This document shows positions 58,647 to 64,000 of a DNA stretch of 64,000 nucleotides, piece after piece. This DNA comes from an uncultured Trueperaceae bacterium (GTDB lineage: Bacteria; Deinococcota; Deinococci; Deinococcales; Trueperaceae). The stretch's first letter is position 1; every line of letters begins with the position of its first letter. The stretch is from NCBI GenBank assembly GCA_963799485.1, contig CAWCXJ010000004.1, positions 128,001 through 192,000 on the forward strand, read 5' to 3'. Position numbers and translations under genes: made by a program. The notes under the pieces were generated by a model, which did not search any database, had not been told where the DNA came from, and saw only the letters and a list, made by a program, of their open reading frames with translations.

Positions 58647-60332
58647 TTAGTCGGTGACGGCTCCTCTAGACGCGCTCGAGACCAGTTTCGCATACTTTGC
58701 CAGTACGCCCGTCTGATACTTGACGGGCGGAGCCTGCCACGCGGCGCGGCGCTTAGCGAGTTCGGCGTCGTCTACATTGAGTTGCAAAAGCTGTTTTTCG
58801 GCGTCGATGGTTACGCTGTCGCCCTCGTGGACGAGCGCAATCGCCCCGCCGACCTGCGCTTCGGGTGCCACATGCCCCACGACGAGCCCATAGGTGCCAC
58901 CCGAAAAACGTCCGTCGGTAATGAGCGCGACCGAATCGCCCAAGCCTTTGCCGATAATCGCCGCCGTAGGGGAGAGCATCTCGCGCATTCCCGGCCCACC
59001 ACGGGGCCCTTCATAACGAATCACCAGCACGTCGCCGGCGCGGATACGGTCGTTCATGATGGCGTCCATCGCCGCTTCTTCGGAATCGAACACGCGGGCT
59101 GAGCCGGTAATATTCGTGTGTTTGAGACCGCTGACCTTGGCGACCGAGCCCTCTGCTGCGAGGTTGCCCCTAAGAATGGCGAGGTGGCCTTGCGGGTACA
59201 TGGGTTTGTCGAAAGGCAGCACCACAGCTTGACCTTCGGGCGGCGTCCCGGAAACGTGCTCGAGGTTTTCGGCAATAGTTTTTCCTGTGACCGTAAGGCA
59301 GTCGCCGTGTAACAGCCCGTGGTCTAAGAGCATCTTCATGATGAGCGGGACGCCGCCGACTGCGTGCAGGTCGGTCGCGACGTAGCGGCCCGAGGGTTTG
59401 AGGTCGACGAGGTGCGGGGTGCGTTCACGGATGCGCTCGAAGTCTTCAAGCGTCAATTCAATCTCTGCCGCGTGTGCAATCGCAAGCAGGTGCAACACCG
59501 CGTTGGTCGAACCGCCGATAGCCATCACCGTGGTAATCCCGTTTTCAAAGGCTTTTCTGGTCAGGATTTTACGGGGCGTGAGGTCCGCTTCAATCAACTT
59601 GAGGAGCGCCGCGCCACTCTCTGCTGCGCTGACGTGCTTCTCTTCATCTTCAGCTGCCATCGTAGAAGAATACGGCAGGCTCATCCCCATCGCTTCAAAC
59701 GCGGAGGACATGGTGTTGGCGGTGTACATGCCGCCGCACGAACCTTTACCGGGGCAGGCGCGGCGCTCGACCTGTTGGTAGGTCTCTAACGGAATCCGGC
59801 CCGCGTTGTACTCACCGACCGCCTCGAACATGCTGACAATCGTCAGGTCTTTGCCCTCAAAATGCCCCGGTTTGATGGTTCCGCCGTAAACGAACACTGC
59901 CGGAATATCAAGCCGCGCCATCGCAATCATCGCGCCCGGCATATTTTTGTCGCAACCACCGACCGCGAGCACGCCGTCCATACTCTGTCCCCGGCAGACG
60001 GTCTCAACCGAGTCGGCGATCACTTCACGGCTGACCAGGCTGCACTTCATCCCCTCGGTACCCATCGAAATGCCGTCAGATACGGTAATGGTGCCGAACG
60101 TTTGCGGCATTCCGCCTGCTTTACGAATCGCGTTTACAGCGGCTTCACTCAGCTCACCGAGGCCCGAATTGCACGGGGTGATAGTCGAGTGTCCATTGGC
60201 TACCGCGATGATTGGTTTGCCGAAATCCTCGTCGGTAAAGCCGACGGCGCGCATCATGGCGCGGTTGGGGCCGCGTTCGGTACCTTCGGTGATGATGCGG
60301 CTACGGCGGTTGAGTCTGGGCTTGGTCGTCAT
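58647..60332 (-). CDS. ilvD: Dihydroxy-acid dehydratase
   Basis: [49 protein letters not shown]. Confidence 0.97.
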   Translation of the reverse strand: MTTKPRLNRRSRIITEGTERGPNRAMMRAVGFTDEDFGKPIIAVANGHSTITPCNSGLGELSEAAVNAIRKAGGMPQTFGTITVSDGISMGTEGMKCSLVSREVIADSVETVCRGQSMDGVLAVGGCDKNMPGAMIAMARLDIPAVFVYGGTIKPGHFEGKDLTIVSMFEAVGEYNAGRIPLETYQQVERRACPGKGSCGGMYTANTMSSAFEAMGMSLPYSSTMAAEDEEKHVSAAESGAALLKLIEADLTPRKILTRKAFENGITTVMAIGGSTNAVLHLLAIAHAAEIELTLEDFERIRERTPHLVDLKPSGRYVATDLHAVGGVPLIMKMLLDHGLLHGDCLTVTGKTIAENLEHVSGTPPEGQAVVLPFDKPMYPQGHLAILRGNLAAEGSVAKVSGLKHTNITGSARVFDSEEAAMDAIMNDRIRAGDVLVIRYEGPRGGPGMREMLSPTAAIIGKGLGDSVALITDGRFSGGTYGLVVGHVAPEAQVGGAIALVHEGDSVTIDAEKQLLQLNVDDAELAKRRAAWQAPPVKYQTGVLAKYAKLVSSASRGAVTD

Positions 60333-60377
60333 GGTTCCTCCATGAGTAGCATTTTAGCTACCGTATGAACGCACTAT

Positions 60378-60409
60378 CTTACCGCAGCTTTTACTTACCG
60401 CAGCTTTTA
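60378..60409. repeat. Tandem 16-bp direct repeat in the ilvD/galT divergent region
   Basis: CTTACCGCAGCTTTTA x2, exact. Confidence 0.9.
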
Positions 60410-60454
60410 AGCGAGGCTCGAGGCGCACAGGTAGAGGCCGCGTTACGATACGTT

Positions 60455-61510
60455 ATGGATACAAACGGAGCTGCTGTTTTTTCACCCACCGGCCCCCACC
60501 GCCGCCTCAACCCGCTGACCGGCGAGTATGTGCTCGTTTCGCCGCAACGCACCCAGCGGCCCTGGCAGGGCAAGGTCGATACGCCGAGCCGGGATACGCG
60601 CCCCAAGTACGATCCGGCGTGTTACCTCTGCCCCGGTAATACGCGCGCCGGAGACGCCCTAAACCCCGACTATCAAGACACGTTTGTCTTTGCGAACGAC
60701 TTCGCTGCGCTTTTGCCGGATACCCCTGAAGCGCACAGCCTGGGCGACCCGCTTTTTCAGGGCGAGAGCGCCGGAGGGCTCTGCCGCGTCATCTGCTTTT
60801 CGCCGCGCCACGACCTGACGCTCGCCGAGATGGACGTGTCGGCGATTCGTAAAGTCGTCGATTTATGGAGCGCGCAGGTCACAGAACTCGGTGAACGCTA
60901 CCGCTGGGTGCAGATTTTTGAAAGTAAGGGGGCTATCGTCGGGGCGTCGAACCCGCACCCGCACGGGCAGATTTGGGCGAGCGACTTTTTGCCGAACGAG
61001 GCAGCTACCGAAGATGCACAGCAAAAACGTTACTTCGACCGGCACGGCAATCCGCTGCTCGTCGATTACGCAGACAGAGAGCGCAGTTTGGGCGAACGCC
61101 TTGTAGCTGAAAACGACCACTGGCTCGTGGTGGTGCCGTATTGGGCCTATTGGCCTTTTGAAACGCTCGTCTTGCCCAAACGTCACGTTTTACGGCTGCC
61201 CGAACTGTCGGACGCTGAGCGTGACGCGCTTGCCGACATCTTGAAAACGATGCTGGTGCGTTTCGACAACCTTTTTGAAACGTCGTTTCCCTACTGCTCG
61301 GGCTGGCACGGTGCGCCGACAGGCGGCGCGGATGACGTGCAGCACTGGCAGCTCCACGCACACTACTACCCGCCGCTCTTGCGTTCGGCGAGCGTGCAGA
61401 AGTTCGTCGCAAGTTACGAGTGGCTCGCCGAGGCGCAGCGCGACTTGACGGCGGAGGGTGCGGCGGCGCGCTTGCGAGAGCTTCCGGCACGCCACTACGC
61501 ACACCGTTAG
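60455..61510 (+). CDS. galT: Galactose-1-phosphate uridylyltransferase
   Basis: [29 protein letters not shown] active site, [16 protein letters not shown] 5 nt before ATG 60455. Confidence 0.94.
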   Translation: MDTNGAAVFSPTGPHRRLNPLTGEYVLVSPQRTQRPWQGKVDTPSRDTRPKYDPACYLCPGNTRAGDALNPDYQDTFVFANDFAALLPDTPEAHSLGDPLFQGESAGGLCRVICFSPRHDLTLAEMDVSAIRKVVDLWSAQVTELGERYRWVQIFESKGAIVGASNPHPHGQIWASDFLPNEAATEDAQQKRYFDRHGNPLLVDYADRERSLGERLVAENDHWLVVVPYWAYWPFETLVLPKRHVLRLPELSDAERDALADILKTMLVRFDNLFETSFPYCSGWHGAPTGGADDVQHWQLHAHYYPPLLRSASVQKFVASYEWLAEAQRDLTAEGAAARLRELPARHYAHR

Positions 61511-61669
61511 AGGTTGCGTTAGCAGCTGTGGTACTGGTCTGCGCGCACATTCGGGTAGGGCGTAGCAGACCCGAAAGGCCGCTGAGACGCATTATCTAAA
61601 TGCCGGGGGGCGTGGCGGCAGGGTACGGTATGCTGAGCTGGTCGGGGCTAGGTATTTTAGGGGGTGGCT

Positions 61670-62470
61670 ATGCTCTCAGAAGAGAGGCGGCGATATCTAC
61701 TGGGGCTCCTCAACCAGCAAGAAGCCCTCGAGACGTCCCTCATCGCCGCGCAGCTCGGGGTTTCGGAGATGACCGTCCGCCGCGACCTGAGCGATCTCGA
61801 GCGGCGCGGCTTCGTGCGGCGCGTTCACGGCGGCGCGCAGCGCGTCCACGGGGCAAATTACGTGTCCGAAGCCAAACGCACCCCCGGCGTCACGCAGCAG
61901 ATCGGCGCGGTTGCAGCTTTGCAGGTAAGCTCACACGAAACGATCTATCTGGACGCCGGCACCGTGTGCCTCGAGCTGGCGCGGGCGCTTAAACGCCGCG
62001 ACCTCAAACTCAACATCTTAACGCACGCGGTCAATATCGCCGCCGAGCTGACCGGACATCCGGGGTTTACGGTAATTCAGGTCGGCGGCGAACTCTATCC
62101 GGAGACCTTTGCGGCAACCGGCCCGGCGGCGCTTGCGACCATCCACCAGTTTTCTTTCGACCGGTTGTTTCTTACGGCGCAGGGTCTGCACCCCAAAGCC
62201 GGGGTGACGCACGGCAACCTGCTTGAGGTCGCCGTCAAAACAGCGGCCCTGAGCCGCGCCGGCTGGACGGCGCTGCTGCTCGACTCGGGCCGCTGGAACC
62301 GTCAGGCGCTGACGCGCGTGACCGACCCCGGCAAGTTGGACCTGCTCGTCAGCGACGCGTCGCTTCCCGCTGAAGCGCGGCGCTTTTTACGGGGTGTCAA
62401 CGTCGCCGTACTCCCCGACGCCCCGCCAAAACCCGACCCGGCTGACGAAACGCTCGCCGAACAGGTATGA
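61670..62470 (+). CDS. DeoR/GlpR-family transcriptional regulator
   Basis: GVSEMTVRRDL..LE...RVHGGA HTH; IYLDAGT sensor domain. Confidence 0.92.
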   Translation: MLSEERRRYLLGLLNQQEALETSLIAAQLGVSEMTVRRDLSDLERRGFVRRVHGGAQRVHGANYVSEAKRTPGVTQQIGAVAALQVSSHETIYLDAGTVCLELARALKRRDLKLNILTHAVNIAAELTGHPGFTVIQVGGELYPETFAATGPAALATIHQFSFDRLFLTAQGLHPKAGVTHGNLLEVAVKTAALSRAGWTALLLDSGRWNRQALTRVTDPGKLDLLVSDASLPAEARRFLRGVNVAVLPDAPPKPDPADETLAEQV

Positions 62471-62594
62471 TCGGCGCAACTGTGAAGGGTGGGATTATGA
62501 ACTGCAGACTGACGTGCGCGTGGGGCGCTGAGGGCTTGGTACCCGCCGGGGGTGTTGGACAGACGTTTTCAACTCGAGCCAAGTGGAGCTTCCG

Positions 62595-64000
62595 GTGCCT
62601 TTAACCATAGGCATCGATCTGGGTACGAGCGGTGTCCGCACGCTCGCCGTTAGTGAGACGGGCGCACTTATCGCCGAGAGTACCCGCAGCTACCCGCTTT
62701 TGACCCCGCACCCCGGTTGGACGGAGCAGCGCCCCGAAGACTGGTTTGGGGAGACGGTCGCAGCCCTGCGTGAACTCGCCGCACAGCTTGGCGGACAAGA
62801 AATCGTCGCGCTCGGGCTTTCCGGGCAGATGCACGGGATGGTACCGCTAGACGCTCACGGTGAGGTCGTCCGGCCTGCGCTCTTATGGAACGACCAGCGT
62901 ACCGGGAAGGGCGTCGCTGAACTCGAGGCCGCCGTACCCCGTAAAACGCTGGTCGCACGTACCGGCAACCCGGCGATCACCGGGTTTCAGCTGCCTAAAC
63001 TGCTCTGGTTGCGGCAAGAAGAACCCGACAACTTTGCTCGTACCCGCCACGTGCTATTGCCCAAAGATTATCTGGGCTTCAAGCTTACCGGTGTGGTGGC
63101 GGCTGAACCCTCCGACGCTTCGGGAACGAACTGTTTTGAAATTGCCCAAAAGGTCTGGGACGCCGAGGTGTTGGGGGCGCTTAACCTGAGTACGGCGCTT
63201 TTTCCGGACCTCGTTTCATCCCGTGAGGTCGTCGGCACACTGACCAAAGAACTGTCTTCAGAGACCGGCTTACCGGAGGGCTTGCCCGTCGTCGCCGGGG
63301 CCGGGGACAACGCGGCGGCGGCGATAGGACTCGGTATCTCGAGTCGTACGCCCGGTACAGGCAGCGTCAGCCTCGGTACCTCCGGAGTCGTCTTTGCGCC
63401 GCTAGACGCGCCGACCCCCGACCCACAGGGGCGTGTTCACCTCTTTTGTCACGCCGACGGGGGCTACAACCTCCTCGGGGTGACGCTCGCCGCTGCGGGC
63501 AGTCTTCAGTGGTACCGCGACACCTTCAGGCCGGGTGTGGGTTTTGACGCCCTTACCCGGGAGGCTGAAACCTCCGAGCCGGGCGCGAACGGCGTCACTT
63601 TCAAACCCTACCTCGCCGGCGAGCGTACCCCTCACCTCGACCCCGATTTGCGCGGGTCGTGGACGGGTTTGAGTTTGGCGACGACCCAGGCCGACCTCGT
63701 GCGCTCGGTGCTCGAGGGTGTCGCCTTCAGCCTGCGCGACGCCCTCGACGTTATTACGCCGCTCGCGCCGCTCACCCAAGCTTTTACGACGGGAGGTGGT
63801 GCGCGCTCAGATATGTGGTTGCAACTTACCGCCGATGTTCTGGCGTTGCCGCTCATCCGCCCTAGTCAAAGTCAGGGCCCGGCCTACGGCGCGGCACTTT
63901 TGGCTTTGCAAGGGGTAGGTTACACGGATAAAGCAGCGGCGCTGGCGCGCCTCGAGCGCGACCGGACCTTTTCACCTGACGGGCGGGAGCACTACTACGA
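62595..64000 (+). CDS. xylB: Xylulokinase (FGGY family), 3' end outside the window; not in ORF track
   Basis: GTG 62595: [72 protein letters not shown]. Confidence 0.88.
   Translation, partial: MPLTIGIDLGTSGVRTLAVSETGALIAESTRSYPLLTPHPGWTEQRPEDWFGETVAALRELAAQLGGQEIVALGLSGQMHGMVPLDAHGEVVRPALLWNDQRTGKGVAELEAAVPRKTLVARTGNPAITGFQLPKLLWLRQEEPDNFARTRHVLLPKDYLGFKLTGVVAAEPSDASGTNCFEIAQKVWDAEVLGALNLSTALFPDLVSSREVVGTLTKELSSETGLPEGLPVVAGAGDNAAAAIGLGISSRTPGTGSVSLGTSGVVFAPLDAPTPDPQGRVHLFCHADGGYNLLGVTLAAAGSLQWYRDTFRPGVGFDALTREAETSEPGANGVTFKPYLAGERTPHLDPDLRGSWTGLSLATTQADLVRSVLEGVAFSLRDALDVITPLAPLTQAFTTGGGARSDMWLQLTADVLALPLIRPSQSQGPAYGAALLALQGVGYTDKAAALARLERDRTFSPDGREHYY

Overview
A 64-kb chromosomal segment of roughly 60% GC. 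Gene content and promoter style point to Deinococcota, Truepera-like (inference from hisZ plus short hisG, the Rieske-terminated ccm operon, rex and many apparently leaderless starts). Most of it is core or metabolic: MMPL and MFS transporters, hslUV, dusA, carbonic anhydrase, hisZG, a flippase plus 3 glycosyltransferases followed by cysQ-sat-cysC, a 5'-nucleotidase, a sugar ABC importer, a complete ccdA-ccmABCDEFGHI-Rieske operon, tRNA-Lys/Glu/Val, rlmN, TPR/SPOR/rex, two surface lipoproteins, a polyprenyl synthase, ilvD, galT, DeoR and xylB (runs off the end). Reading beyond the ORF track adds: a full-length IS1 with a 9-bp target duplication splitting a HIT gene; unlisted IS630 (x2) and ISAs1 transposase fossils; a decayed island next to tRNA-Val (integrase, glyoxalase and EVE remnants); a hidden ccmD with an ATC where the ccmE ATG should be; two frameshifted genes; a ~130-nt rod-like candidate ncRNA; a two-microprotein unit separated by a perfect 18-bp hairpin; and strong apparent over-representation of the palindrome CTCGAG. 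No CRISPR array, intact prophage or recognisable defence system was found. No new system can be shown from the sequence alone; the best leads are the CTCGAG bias, the candidate RNA, the probable sulfated-glycan locus and the microprotein pair.
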